From: Steroidobacteraceae bacterium
GTDB taxonomy: Bacteria; Pseudomonadota; Gammaproteobacteria; Steroidobacterales; Steroidobacteraceae
Direction: 5' to 3'
NCBI GenBank assembly: GCA_036277615.1
Contig: DASUMQ010000293.1
Location: 1-59,443, forward strand
DNA length: 59,443 bases
The position numbers were made by a program, and so were the translations under genes. The notes under the pieces are model-generated. The model was not told where the DNA came from. It did no database searches and saw only the letters and a program-made list of their open reading frames with translations. Within the stretch, counting starts at the first letter, position 1. Each line of letters opens with the position of its first letter. Positions 1-9,096 of this stretch are shown piece after piece.

Positions 1-1
1 G

Positions 2-574
2 TCGCGGACCGACCCGGCGCGCACGACGCAGTCGGTCGTCAACACGGTCTTCGGCGGACGTTACACCTCGATGCTCAACACGGCGCTGCGCATCGACAGC
101 GGCCTGACCTACGGCGCCAGTGCGTCGTTCGATCGCGGCTCGCAGCCGGGCGCGTACGGCATCGCCTCGTACACGCAGACGGAGACCACGGTGCAGGCGA
201 TCGATCTCGCGCTGGCGACGCTCGAGCGGTTGCGTCGCGACGCGCTCGACACTGAGACGCTGGCCTCTTCGAAAAGCTACATGCTCGGGCAGTTTCCGCC
301 GACGCTCGAGACCAACGGCCAGCTGGCGGCGCGGCTCGCCGACCTGCTGCTCTACGGCCTCGGCCCGGAGGACGTGGACCAGTACGCGGATCGCATCGCG
401 GCCGCCGACTCGACGGCCGTGCGCGACGCGATCGACAAGTCCTTCCCGAATCCGAACGACCTCGCGATCGTGCTGATCGGCGACGCTTCGAAGATCCGGG
501 ACCAGGTCGGCAAGTACGGGCCGGTCACGGAAATGAAGATCACCGACCCCCAGTTCGCCCCTCTGGCCCGTTGA
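2..574 (+). CDS. M16 (pitrilysin/insulinase) family peptidase, C-terminal part; the 5' end lies outside the window
   Basis: The frame is open from base 2 (SRTDPARTTQSVVNTVFGGRYTSMLNTALRIDSGLTYGA...) to TGA at 572-574. The pattern is typical of the non-catalytic C-terminal M16 domain. Confidence 0.75.
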   Translation, partial: SRTDPARTTQSVVNTVFGGRYTSMLNTALRIDSGLTYGASASFDRGSQPGAYGIASYTQTETTVQAIDLALATLERLRRDALDTETLASSKSYMLGQFPPTLETNGQLAARLADLLLYGLGPEDVDQYADRIAAADSTAVRDAIDKSFPNPNDLAIVLIGDASKIRDQVGKYGPVTEMKITDPQFAPLAR

Positions 575-1215
575 AGAGGGGGCACTCAGCGCTGATCGCG
601 GGCGCCTCCGGCCTGGTCGGCGGGGAATGCCTGAAGCTCCTGCTGGCCTCGGAGGCGTACGCCGAAGTCGTCGTGCTCACGCGACGAGATCTCGGTGCCC
701 CGGCAAGACATCGCAAGGTTCGCCAGGTGGAGTGCGACTTCGCGAGCTTCGGTGACGTCGCGCGAGAACTCCGCGCCCAGCACGTGTTCTGTGCACTTGG
801 CACGACGATCCGTAAGGCGGGGTCGCAGGCGAAGTTCCGCGAGGTCGACTTCGAGTACCCGAACCGGATCGCCGACATCACGCTGCGCAACGGCGCTACG
901 CATTTCTCGCTGGTGAGCGCCCTCGGCGCCAGCCGTGCGTCCCCGTTCTTCTATTCACGCGTCAAGGGCGAACTCGAGCAAGCACTGCGCCGCATGGGCT
1001 GGCCGAGCCTCTGTTTCGTGCGACCGTCGGTGATTGCGGGTGAGCGCGCGGAATCGCGCCCGTTCGAGCGGTTGGCGGAACACGCCTTGAAGTTTGCGCC
1101 GACCACTTGGCGCCCCGTGCCCGCGCGGGACATCGCGGCGGCCATGGTCGCCACGGCGTTGCGTTCGCCGCCGGGGACGACCGTGATCGAGTCCCGGGAC
1201 ATCCCGCGGTCTTGA
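571..1215 (+). CDS. NAD(P)H-binding (atypical SDR / HTATIP2-like) oxidoreductase
   Basis: N-terminal Rossmann motif LIAGASGLVGG. The TTG start overlaps the upstream stop (TTGA). 214 aa. Confidence 0.7.
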   Translation: MKRGHSALIAGASGLVGGECLKLLLASEAYAEVVVLTRRDLGAPARHRKVRQVECDFASFGDVARELRAQHVFCALGTTIRKAGSQAKFREVDFEYPNRIADITLRNGATHFSLVSALGASRASPFFYSRVKGELEQALRRMGWPSLCFVRPSVIAGERAESRPFERLAEHALKFAPTTWRPVPARDIAAAMVATALRSPPGTTVIESRDIPRS

Positions 1216-1291
1216 TGCTGGAGCAGAGAAGAGCAGACTAGCCGCGCCAGCAAGTCCCGATCTTTTCGCACGCAGCCCGCAGGGAGGCTCC

Positions 1292-2530
1292 ATGGCGTCG
1301 ATCAGTTTCGTTTGCAGGCTCGCACGTCCGATCGTTTGCGCATTCGTGCTCGTCGCGGCCGGCGCCGGGTCGGTGGCGCACGCCGACGTCGTCACCTCCA
1401 CCAACGAACGCGCTGCGGAGATCGCGTCGAAGCTGACGCCGACGCCGTACGCGGTGCGGGCCATGGCGATCGCGCAGGTCGCCGTGTTCGCGGCCGCGAA
1501 CGGGGTCACGCAGAAGTACACCGACCCCTATGCGCTTCCCGCCGACACCGGCGCGTCGCTCGACGCCGCCGTGGCCGCGGCCAACCGCAACGCACTGCTG
1601 CAACTGGTGCCGAACGAGCGGGAGGCGATCGAGGCCGACTACGCCGCTGCGATACGGGCCGTGCCGGACGGCCCCGCGCGACAGCGGGGTATCGCGCTCG
1701 GGGACCGCGCAGCCAGTGCCGTGCTGGCCGCGCGTGCGGACGATGGCGCAGCGGCGCCGAACGCGTATCGACCGACCACGGCGGCCGGGGTCTATGCGCC
1801 GACCACGCTGCCGGCGGTGCCGCACTGGGGCCAGCGCCGGCCCTGGGTCATGAGCAGCGGCCGGCAGTTCCGGCCACTGCCACCGCCGGGCCTGGGCACC
1901 GAGACCTGGGCGCGCGACTACAACGAGATCAAGGTCATGGGCGCCCGCCAAAGCGAGAAGCGCACGGCCGAGCAGACCGCGAGCGCACGCTTCTGGGAGG
2001 CCACCGCGCCGGTCGTGTACTGGCACGTCGTGCGTTCGGTCGCGGCACAGTCCGGCCGGGACGCCACCGCCAATGCACGCCTGCTGGCGGTCGCCGCGAT
2101 GGCGATGGACGACGCACTGATCGCCGTGTTCGACGCGAAGTACTTCTACAACTTCTGGCGGCCGATCACGGCCATTCGCAACGGCGACCTCGATGGCAAC
2201 GACGCCACGACGCGCGATCCCGAATGGCTGCCGTTGATCGACACGCCGATGCACCCCGAATACCCGTGCGCCCACTGCATCGTGGCCTCGTCGCTGGCGA
2301 CCGTGCTCGAGGCCGAGGTCGGCGGTGCGACCGTGCCACAGCTCAACTCGATCAGCCCCGTCGCGCCGGACCTCAAGCGATCCTGGCGCGCGATTCCGGA
2401 GTTCGTCGGCGACGTGTCCGAAGCGCGCATCTGTGACGGCGTGCATTTCCGCACGTCCACCGAGGTCGGCACGCAGATGGGTCGAAAGATCGGTTCCCTT
2501 GCCGCCGAGCGCGCCCCCCAGCGGAAGTAA
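1292..2530 (+). CDS. Secreted PAP2-superfamily protein (vanadium haloperoxidase / acid phosphatase-like)
   Basis: AGGGAGG lies upstream of the ATG. There is a signal peptide (...VAAGAGSVAHA). PAP2-type motifs PEYPCAHC and RICDGVHFRTS are present. Confidence 0.75.
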   Translation: MASISFVCRLARPIVCAFVLVAAGAGSVAHADVVTSTNERAAEIASKLTPTPYAVRAMAIAQVAVFAAANGVTQKYTDPYALPADTGASLDAAVAAANRNALLQLVPNEREAIEADYAAAIRAVPDGPARQRGIALGDRAASAVLAARADDGAAAPNAYRPTTAAGVYAPTTLPAVPHWGQRRPWVMSSGRQFRPLPPPGLGTETWARDYNEIKVMGARQSEKRTAEQTASARFWEATAPVVYWHVVRSVAAQSGRDATANARLLAVAAMAMDDALIAVFDAKYFYNFWRPITAIRNGDLDGNDATTRDPEWLPLIDTPMHPEYPCAHCIVASSLATVLEAEVGGATVPQLNSISPVAPDLKRSWRAIPEFVGDVSEARICDGVHFRTSTEVGTQMGRKIGSLAAERAPQRK

Positions 2531-2537
2531 GGGCACC

Positions 2538-2557
2538 CAGTGTCCCCTATTTCTGGG
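2538..2557. repeat. Degenerate copy of the GTGTCCCTATTT / AAATAGGGACAC repeat seen at 32047-32131
   Basis: CAGTGTCCCCTATTTCTGGG resembles GGAGTGTCCCTATTTTCCGGG at 32114-32134. It overlaps the MscS stop codon (CTA, 2547-2549). It lies in the 16-nt gap between convergent stops, next to an imperfect GGGCAC/GTGTCCC hairpin. Confidence 0.35.
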
Positions 2558-4202
2558 CGGGGGCGGCGAACCACTGGTCCTTCGGCACGACCTTCTTGTC
2601 CGCCGGGTCGGCCTCGTAGTTCGGCGACATGATCTGCACGCCGTGCTCGTTGAACACGTCCTGAATGTTCGCGTGCAGCTCGTCGAGCACGAGCACCTTG
2701 CGGCGCGGTTCGGCGACGCTGACGACGAGCGTGTACTCGACGTAGAAGTCCTGCAGCGCGGTCTGCAGCACGCGCGGTGGCGGGTCCCTCTCCACCGACG
2801 CCGTGCGATCCGCGGCGATCAGCAGCATGGCGTGCACCTGCCGCCACGGTGTGTCGTATCCGATCGTGACCGACGTCGGCAGCCGCATGCCGCCGTTGCC
2901 GGCGAGCCGCGAGTAATTGCGCGTCACGTTGCCCGTGATGACCGCGTTCGGCACGTTGACCTCGACGTTGCGCAGCGTCTCGATGCGCGTCGTCACGAAT
3001 CCGACCGACGTGACCGTGCCCTCGGTGTCGCCGATCTGCACGAACTCGCCGGGCCGCAGTGTGCGCGTGTACATCAGCATGAGGCCGCTCACGGCCTGGT
3101 TGACGATGCCCGACGCACCGATCGACATCATGAGGCCGATGAAGACGCCGATGCCCTTGAACGCCTCGCTCTCGCTGCCCGGGATGTACGGGTAGGCAGC
3201 GACGAGCGCGAACAACCAGACGACGACGCTGAGCAGGCGACCGGTCGGCCGAGCCGTCGTCTCATCGAACCAGTTCACGTGGATACGGCCGGCCGCGACG
3301 CCGTCGAAAAAGGCACGGAGGCTGCGCGCGATGAATCGTGCGATGGCGAAGATCAGCACGACGAACGCCACGCCAGGCAGCGCGCGCAGGATGCCGGCCC
3401 CGAATCCGGCGAGCGCGTCGACCAGGTTCGTGAGCAGCGCCTCGCCCCACGGCCGCGTATACGGGAAGAACTCGAGCACGAGTGCGGCCCACTGGTACAG
3501 CAGCAGCAGTGCGATCGCCCAGGCGAGCAGCTTGAGCGGCACGACGGCGAGGTCGCCAAAGCCGCCGCCACCCACGACCTGCTGGCCCCACTCGGGCACC
3601 ATCGAGGCCGATCGCCGCTGCACGTAACCTCGGATGCGCACGGCCAACGCGGCGTAGCCGCGCGTCAAAAGCCACAGCAGTGTGCCGAGCACGACCGAGG
3701 CGAGCGCCGCCTTTCCCAGGGCTGTCAGCACGTAGTTCGGGTCGCGGCTCTGCTGCAGGTCGCGCAACGCGAGCGTCAGGTTCGCGGCCGCCCGGCTGGC
3801 GACGTTAAGGGTCGTTTCCCCGGCCTCGGGGTTCACGTCACCGTTCAGCACCCGCAACACCGGATGCGCGTCCAGCACGACAACCGTGCCCTGTGGCGTC
3901 TCCACGGTGCCGACTTCCATCGGGCCGCCACGGGCGATCACCGTGTCGAGGAGTTCTCGAGTCCCGGCAGCGCGCATTGCGGGCGTCGCGCCGAACTCGT
4001 TCTTGGCGCGAAACGTGACGATGTAGCGGTTCGCGACCGTGAGGTCGGCCTGTGCGGACGATGGTGCGTCGGTGACAGCTGATGCCGGAGCTGAAGGCTC
4101 GGCGGCCCCCGCAGGGACGACGACCGCCAGGCAAACCCTCACCATCAGGACCGCAGGCCACCGGAACCGGGCGATGCCAGGCGCAGCTTCTTTTGTCGAC
4201 AT
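2547..4202 (-). CDS. Mechanosensitive ion channel (MscS family) with signal peptide and N-terminal periplasmic domain
   Basis: The C-terminal MscS beta-domain pattern GEFVQIGDTEGTVTSVGFVTTRIETLRNVEVNVPNAVI is present. I chose the start at MSTKEAAPG... (ATG 4202), ahead of the hydrophobic signal, rather than the longer 4376 ORF. Confidence 0.85.
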   Translation of the reverse strand: MSTKEAAPGIARFRWPAVLMVRVCLAVVVPAGAAEPSAPASAVTDAPSSAQADLTVANRYIVTFRAKNEFGATPAMRAAGTRELLDTVIARGGPMEVGTVETPQGTVVVLDAHPVLRVLNGDVNPEAGETTLNVASRAAANLTLALRDLQQSRDPNYVLTALGKAALASVVLGTLLWLLTRGYAALAVRIRGYVQRRSASMVPEWGQQVVGGGGFGDLAVVPLKLLAWAIALLLLYQWAALVLEFFPYTRPWGEALLTNLVDALAGFGAGILRALPGVAFVVLIFAIARFIARSLRAFFDGVAAGRIHVNWFDETTARPTGRLLSVVVWLFALVAAYPYIPGSESEAFKGIGVFIGLMMSIGASGIVNQAVSGLMLMYTRTLRPGEFVQIGDTEGTVTSVGFVTTRIETLRNVEVNVPNAVITGNVTRNYSRLAGNGGMRLPTSVTIGYDTPWRQVHAMLLIAADRTASVERDPPPRVLQTALQDFYVEYTLVVSVAEPRRKVLVLDELHANIQDVFNEHGVQIMSPNYEADPADKKVVPKDQWFAAPAQK

Positions 4203-4360
4203 ACGTGCGTTTTGTCCTGCGCTACCGCGCCGACGGTCGTCCGCCCCCGCGCCAGAGTATCGCTGGCTCGGGTCACGGATGCACGCGGCCCAGGCTTGGG
4301 CCAGCCTCGTCTGCAGGAGTGTCGCAGTAAGGCGCAGCCGGCGAGGTCGATGATCTCCGA

Positions 4361-4380
4361 GGCGCTTTTTTTTCACACGG
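4361..4380 (+). promoter_or_regulatory. T8 run followed by CACAC upstream of kdp; possible KdpE-box / promoter UP region
   Basis: GGCGCTTTTTTTTCACACGG stands out in GC-rich DNA about 75 nt upstream of the first kdp-associated ORF. As I recall it, the E. coli KdpE site is T-rich and ends in TTTACAC. The resemblance is only partial. Confidence 0.2.
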
Positions 4381-4450
4381 ATTCGCCTCCCCAGTTCCGC
4401 AGGCTAGACCGACGATGTCCTCCTGGACTTGATGAACGGAGGAAGCGGGC

Positions 4451-4546
4451 ATGGAACTCGGCGTGTTCGTCGCCGCCGCGACGCTCGTCCTGGCGACATA
4501 TGGATTGTACTGGCTCGTCGACCGCCTCATGAGGCCGCGCCCATGA
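4451..4546 (+). CDS. Unlisted 31-aa hydrophobic peptide, translationally coupled to kdpF (KdpF-like?)
   Basis: It reads ATG...TGA encoding [37 protein letters not shown] lies 8 nt upstream. Its stop overlaps the kdpF ATG (ATGA at 4543-4546). It has one predicted TM helix and a basic tail. Confidence 0.4.
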   Translation: MELGVFVAAATLVLATYGLYWLVDRLMRPRP

Positions 4547-4635
4547 CGCCGCTCGAGGCCATCGGGCTCGTGCTCCTCGTGGGCCTCGGCGTCTACCTGT
4601 TCGTGGCACTGCTGCTGCCGGAGAAGTTTCAGTGA
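4543..4635 (+). CDS. kdpF: K+-transporting ATPase subunit F
   Basis: The 30-aa peptide [30 protein letters not shown] carries the canonical YLxxALLxPExF end. It sits immediately upstream of kdpA and overlaps it. Confidence 0.85.
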   Translation: MTPLEAIGLVLLVGLGVYLFVALLLPEKFQ

Positions 4636-6407
4636 CCGGCTCCGGCGTGCTGCAGATAGCGCTGTTCCTCGCCGTGCTCATCGGCGCCGCCTGGCCGCTC
4701 GGCGTGTACATGGCTCGCGTGTTCGCGGGCGAGCGCACGTCGCTGATGCCCTTGCTCGGTCCCGTGGAGCGGTTGGTCTACCGTGTGTCCGGTGTCGTGC
4801 CGGACGAGGAACAGACCTGGAAGCAGTACACGCTCGCCGTGCTTCTGTTCAGCATGATGGGATTCCTGGTCGTGTACCTGCTGCAGCGGCTGCAGGGATA
4901 CCTGCCGCTGAATCCCCAGGGCTTCGGCGCCGTCACGCCGGATTCGGCATTCAACACGGCCATCAGCTTCGCCACCAACACCAACTGGCAGGGATACGGC
5001 GGCGAGACGACGATGAGCTACCTGACCCAGATGCTGGGTCTCGGCGTGCAGAACTTCGTGTCCGCAGCGTCGGGCATCGCCGTGCTCGCGGCGCTGGTCC
5101 GCGGCTTCACCCGGCGACAGGCCCACGGCGTCGGCAACTTCTGGGTGGACCTCACGCGCGGTACCGTCCACGTCCTGTTGCCGTTGTCGCTCGTGCTCGC
5201 GCTTGCGCTCGTGAGCCAGGGCGTCGTGCAGACGCTCGAGCCGTACGGGTCCGTCGCCCTGCTCGAGCCGGCCGTGACCGTGGCCGACCCGGGCGGCAAC
5301 GGCGTCGCGCGCGCGGAGAGAGTGATCGACGCGCAGACGATCCCGCTCGGCCCGGCGGCGAGCCAGGTCGCGATCAAGCAGCTCGGCACCAACGGCGGCG
5401 GGTTCTTCAGCGCGAACTCCGCGCACCCGTTCGAGAATCCGACGCCCCTGTCGAACTTCCTCGAGATGCTCGCGATCCTGCTGATTCCGGCCGCGCTCTG
5501 CATCACGTTCGGACGCATGGTCGGCGACGGGCGCCAGGGCTGGGCGCTCATGGCCGCGATGCTCGTGATCTTCGTGCCGCTCACGCTCGGCGGCTACGCG
5601 GCCGAACAGGCGGGTAATCCGCGCCTCGACGCCCGCACGGTCGACATGGAGCCTTCGGCACTGCACTCCGGCGGCAACATGGAGGGCAAGGAAGTCCGGT
5701 TCGGCATCGCCAGTTCGGCGCTGTGGGCCTCGGCGACCACCGCGGCTTCGAACGGTTCCGTCAACTCGATGCACGACTCGTTCACGCCGCTGGGCGGCCT
5801 CGTGCCGATGGGGCTGATGCAACTCGGTGAAGTCGTCTTCGGCGGCGTGGGTAGCGGGCTCTACGGCATGCTGATGTTCGCGATCGTCGCCGTGTTCATC
5901 GCCGGGCTGATGGTCGGGCGCACGCCCGAATACCTCGGCAAGAAGATCGAGGCGTACGAGGTCAAGATGGCCTCGCTGGTGCTGCTGCTGCCGTGCTTCG
6001 TCGTGCTGGTCGGAACGGCCATCGCCACGGCCGTGCCGGAAGCGGCCGCCCGCGTTGGTAACCCGGGATCGCACGGGTTCTCGGAGCTCCTCTACGCGTT
6101 CAGCTCCGCCGGCAACAACAACGGCAGCGCGTTCGGCGGCATCCAGGTCAACAACCCGTTCTACAACTTCGCGCTCGGCGCCGCGATGTGGATCTCGCGT
6201 TTCTGGCTGATGATCCCGGTGCTCGCGATCGCAGGCAGCCTCGCGGCCAAACGCACCGTGGCGGTCACGTCCGGAACGCTGCCGACGCACACGCCGCTGT
6301 TCGTCGCACTGCTCGCGGGCGTCGTGATCCTGGTCGGCGCACTGACGTTCGTGCCGGCGCTTGCGCTCGGTCCCATCGTCGAACACCTCCAGATGGTGGC
6401 CCGATGA
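4632..6407 (+). CDS. kdpA: K+-transporting ATPase subunit A
   Basis: 591-aa polytopic protein with the [11 protein letters not shown] and GTNGGGFF selectivity-filter-like motifs. The GTG start overlaps the kdpF stop. Confidence 0.95.
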   Translation: MTGSGVLQIALFLAVLIGAAWPLGVYMARVFAGERTSLMPLLGPVERLVYRVSGVVPDEEQTWKQYTLAVLLFSMMGFLVVYLLQRLQGYLPLNPQGFGAVTPDSAFNTAISFATNTNWQGYGGETTMSYLTQMLGLGVQNFVSAASGIAVLAALVRGFTRRQAHGVGNFWVDLTRGTVHVLLPLSLVLALALVSQGVVQTLEPYGSVALLEPAVTVADPGGNGVARAERVIDAQTIPLGPAASQVAIKQLGTNGGGFFSANSAHPFENPTPLSNFLEMLAILLIPAALCITFGRMVGDGRQGWALMAAMLVIFVPLTLGGYAAEQAGNPRLDARTVDMEPSALHSGGNMEGKEVRFGIASSALWASATTAASNGSVNSMHDSFTPLGGLVPMGLMQLGEVVFGGVGSGLYGMLMFAIVAVFIAGLMVGRTPEYLGKKIEAYEVKMASLVLLLPCFVVLVGTAIATAVPEAAARVGNPGSHGFSELLYAFSSAGNNNGSAFGGIQVNNPFYNFALGAAMWISRFWLMIPVLAIAGSLAAKRTVAVTSGTLPTHTPLFVALLAGVVILVGALTFVPALALGPIVEHLQMVAR

Positions 6408-8506
6408 AATCGTCGTCCCCTGCGCTTGCGATCCACGGACACCGTCCGCGGCAACTGAGCCGGCCAATCCTGCTCACCGGTATCGCCGACGCGTTCCGCA
6501 AGCTCGACCCACGCGTCCAGGCGCGCAATCCGGTGATGTTCGTCGTGTTCGTCGGCAGCATCCTCACGACGCTGGTCGGTATCGCGGTGCTGGTACGCGG
6601 CGACTCCGGTGGCGACGAAGGCGCGGGCTTCGTGCTCGCGATCGCGGCTTGGCTGTGGCTCACGGTGCTGTTCGCCAACTTCGCCGAGGCGGTCGCAGAA
6701 GGGCGCGGCAAGGCACAGGCCGCGGCGCTGCGGTCGACGCGTCGCGAGGTGCAGGCCAAGAAGCTGTCCGGCGCGCAGCGCAGTTCGAAGTGCGCACTCA
6801 CGCCGGCGAACAGCCTGCGCCGTGGCGACCATTTCCTGGTCGAGGCCAAAGAAACCATCGCCGCCGATGGCGAGGTGGTCGCCGGTGTCGCTTCGGTCGA
6901 CGAGAGCGCGATCACGGGCGAATCCGCACCCGTGCTGCGCGAGGCCGGCAGCGACTTCTGCTCGGTCACCGGCGGGACGCGCGTGCTATCGGACTGGCTC
7001 GTCGTGCGGGTAACGAGCGACCCGGGCGAGTCCTTCCTCGACCGCATGATCGCGATGGTCGAAGGGGCACGTCGGGGCAAGACGCCGAACGAGATCGCGT
7101 TGTCGATCCTGCTCGCGATGCTGACGCTCGTGTTCCTGCTGGCGACCGCCACGCTCGCGCCGTTCTCGGCATACGCCGTGGCCACCTCGGGCGCCGGGCA
7201 GGTCGTCTCGATCGTCGTGCTGGTGGCGCTGCTCGTCTGCCTGATCCCGACCACCATCGGTGGCCTGCTGTCCGCGATCGGCATCGCCGGCATGGACCGC
7301 ATGGTCCGCGCGAACGTGATCGCGACGTCGGGTCGCGCGGTCGAGGCGGCCGGCGACGTGGACGTGCTGCTGCTGGACAAGACCGGCACGATCACGCTCG
7401 GGGATCGGCAGGCCGCCGCGTTCCACCCGGCGCCGGGCGTGACGGAGCAGGAACTCGCGGACGTCGCCCAGCTGGCGTCGCTCGCCGACGAGACACCCGA
7501 AGGCCGCTCGATCGTCGTGCTCGCGAAACAGCGGTTCCAGTTGCGCGGGCGTGACCTCGCGTCACAGCCCCATGTCTTCCACAAGTTCACGGCCCGGAGC
7601 CGCACCAGTGGCGTCGACCTCGACGGACGCAGGTTGCGCAAGGGCGCGGCCGACGCCGTCCAGCGTTTCGTCGTCGATGAGCGCGGGCTCTGGCCCGCGG
7701 CCGTGACGCGGGCGGTCGAGGAGGTGGCGCGTCAGGGCGCCACGCCGCTCGTCGTGGCCGACGGGCCACGCGTGCTCGGCGTCGTCGAACTGCGCGACGT
7801 GGTCAAGGGCGGCATCCGCGAGCGCTTCGCGGAACTGCGCCAGATGGGCATCACCACCGTGATGGTCACCGGCGACAATCGCTTGACCGCCGCCGCGATC
7901 GCGGCGGAGGCGGGTGTCGACGACTTCCTGGCCGAGGCGACTCCCGAGGCCAAGCTCGCGCTGATCCGCAGGTACCAGTCGGAAGGGCACCTCGTCGCCA
8001 TGTGCGGCGACGGCACGAACGATGCGCCGGCGCTCGCCCAGGCCGACGTCGCCGTTGCGATGAACTCCGGCACGCAGGCCGCGAAGGAAGCCGGCAACAT
8101 GGTCGACCTCGACTCCAACCCGACCAAGCTGATCGAGGTGGTCGACGTCGGCAAGCAGATGCTCGTCACGCGTGGCGCGCTCACGACGTTCTCGATCGCC
8201 AACGACGTGGCGAAGTACTTCGCCATCATTCCGGCCGCGTTCGCGGCGACGTATCCCGCGCTCGACACGCTCGACGTCATGCACCTCGCGAGCCCGCAGA
8301 GCGCGATCCTTTCGGCGGTGATCTTCAACGCACTGATCATCGTCGCACTCGTGCCGCTCGCACTGCGCGGCGTCCGCACGCGGGCCGCGTCGGCCGTGCA
8401 CCTGCTGCGCCGGAACCTGCTGATCTACGGACTCGGTGGCGTCGCGGTGCCTTTCGTCGGCATCAAGGGCATCGACGTCGTACTCGACCTGCTCGACCTC
8501 GTCTGA
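6404..8506 (+). CDS. kdpB: K+-transporting P-type ATPase subunit B
   Basis: P-type ATPase motifs DKTGTIT, TGDN and [10 protein letters not shown] are present. The ATG at 6404 overlaps the kdpA stop (ATGA). The longer 6188 ORF start is rejected. Confidence 0.95.
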   Translation: MKSSSPALAIHGHRPRQLSRPILLTGIADAFRKLDPRVQARNPVMFVVFVGSILTTLVGIAVLVRGDSGGDEGAGFVLAIAAWLWLTVLFANFAEAVAEGRGKAQAAALRSTRREVQAKKLSGAQRSSKCALTPANSLRRGDHFLVEAKETIAADGEVVAGVASVDESAITGESAPVLREAGSDFCSVTGGTRVLSDWLVVRVTSDPGESFLDRMIAMVEGARRGKTPNEIALSILLAMLTLVFLLATATLAPFSAYAVATSGAGQVVSIVVLVALLVCLIPTTIGGLLSAIGIAGMDRMVRANVIATSGRAVEAAGDVDVLLLDKTGTITLGDRQAAAFHPAPGVTEQELADVAQLASLADETPEGRSIVVLAKQRFQLRGRDLASQPHVFHKFTARSRTSGVDLDGRRLRKGAADAVQRFVVDERGLWPAAVTRAVEEVARQGATPLVVADGPRVLGVVELRDVVKGGIRERFAELRQMGITTVMVTGDNRLTAAAIAAEAGVDDFLAEATPEAKLALIRRYQSEGHLVAMCGDGTNDAPALAQADVAVAMNSGTQAAKEAGNMVDLDSNPTKLIEVVDVGKQMLVTRGALTTFSIANDVAKYFAIIPAAFAATYPALDTLDVMHLASPQSAILSAVIFNALIIVALVPLALRGVRTRAASAVHLLRRNLLIYGLGGVAVPFVGIKGIDVVLDLLDLV

Positions 8507-8510
8507 ACCC

Positions 8511-9095
8511 ATGGGAATGTCCATGCGTGCACAGATCCGTCCCTGCCTCGGCGTCTTCGTCGCCCTGACGTTGCTCACCGGTGTCGTCTATCCGCTCGTC
8601 GTGACTGGCATCGCCAGGCTCGCCTTCCCGGACCAGGCGAGTGGCAGCATCGTCACCCAGCGTGGGCGCGCCGCCGGGTCCCGCCTGCTCGGCCAGCCGT
8701 TCACGCGCCCCGAGTATTTCTGGGGAAGACCGTCGGCCACGTCGCCGCAGCCGTACAACGGAGCCGCGTCGGCGGGCAGCAACCTCGCGCCCACGAACCC
8801 GGCCCTGGCCGAGGCCGTCGCCGCCCGCGTGGCCACCCTGCGGGCGGCGGATCCGTACGACGCGCAGCCGGTCCCCGTGGACCTCGTGACGGCGTCCGGC
8901 AGCGGGCTCGACCCGCACATTTCCCTTGCCGCAGCGGAATACCAGGTCCCACGCGTCGCGCGCGCCCGCAACATGACGGCGGCGCACGTGCGCCGTCTGG
9001 TCGCCGAACACACGGAGGGGCGTACACTGGGTCTGCTGGGCGAGCCACGCGTGAACGTCCTCGCGCTGAACCTCGCGCTCGATTCCCAGCATTAG
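8511..9095 (+). CDS. kdpC: K+-transporting ATPase subunit C
   Basis: N-terminal TM segment ([21 protein letters not shown]) and the GSGLDPHIS motif. The start is ambiguous among ATGs at 8511, 8517 and 8523. Confidence 0.9.
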   Translation: MGMSMRAQIRPCLGVFVALTLLTGVVYPLVVTGIARLAFPDQASGSIVTQRGRAAGSRLLGQPFTRPEYFWGRPSATSPQPYNGAASAGSNLAPTNPALAEAVAARVATLRAADPYDAQPVPVDLVTASGSGLDPHISLAAAEYQVPRVARARNMTAAHVRRLVAEHTEGRTLGLLGEPRVNVLALNLALDSQH

Positions 9096-9096
9096 C

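Noticed and set aside
1238-2536. 432-aa minus-strand ORF covering the PAP2-like gene
   Set aside because: This is a shadow ORF typical of very GC-rich DNA. Its composition is Arg/Gly/Ala/Pro-rich, it has no recognisable motifs, and it lies fully antisense to a gene with clear family motifs and a signal peptide.
4629-6467. 612-aa minus-strand ORF antisense to kdpA
   Set aside because: Its composition is dominated by Arg/Glu/His/Asp, with no TM segments or motifs. The kdpA frame on the plus strand is unambiguous.
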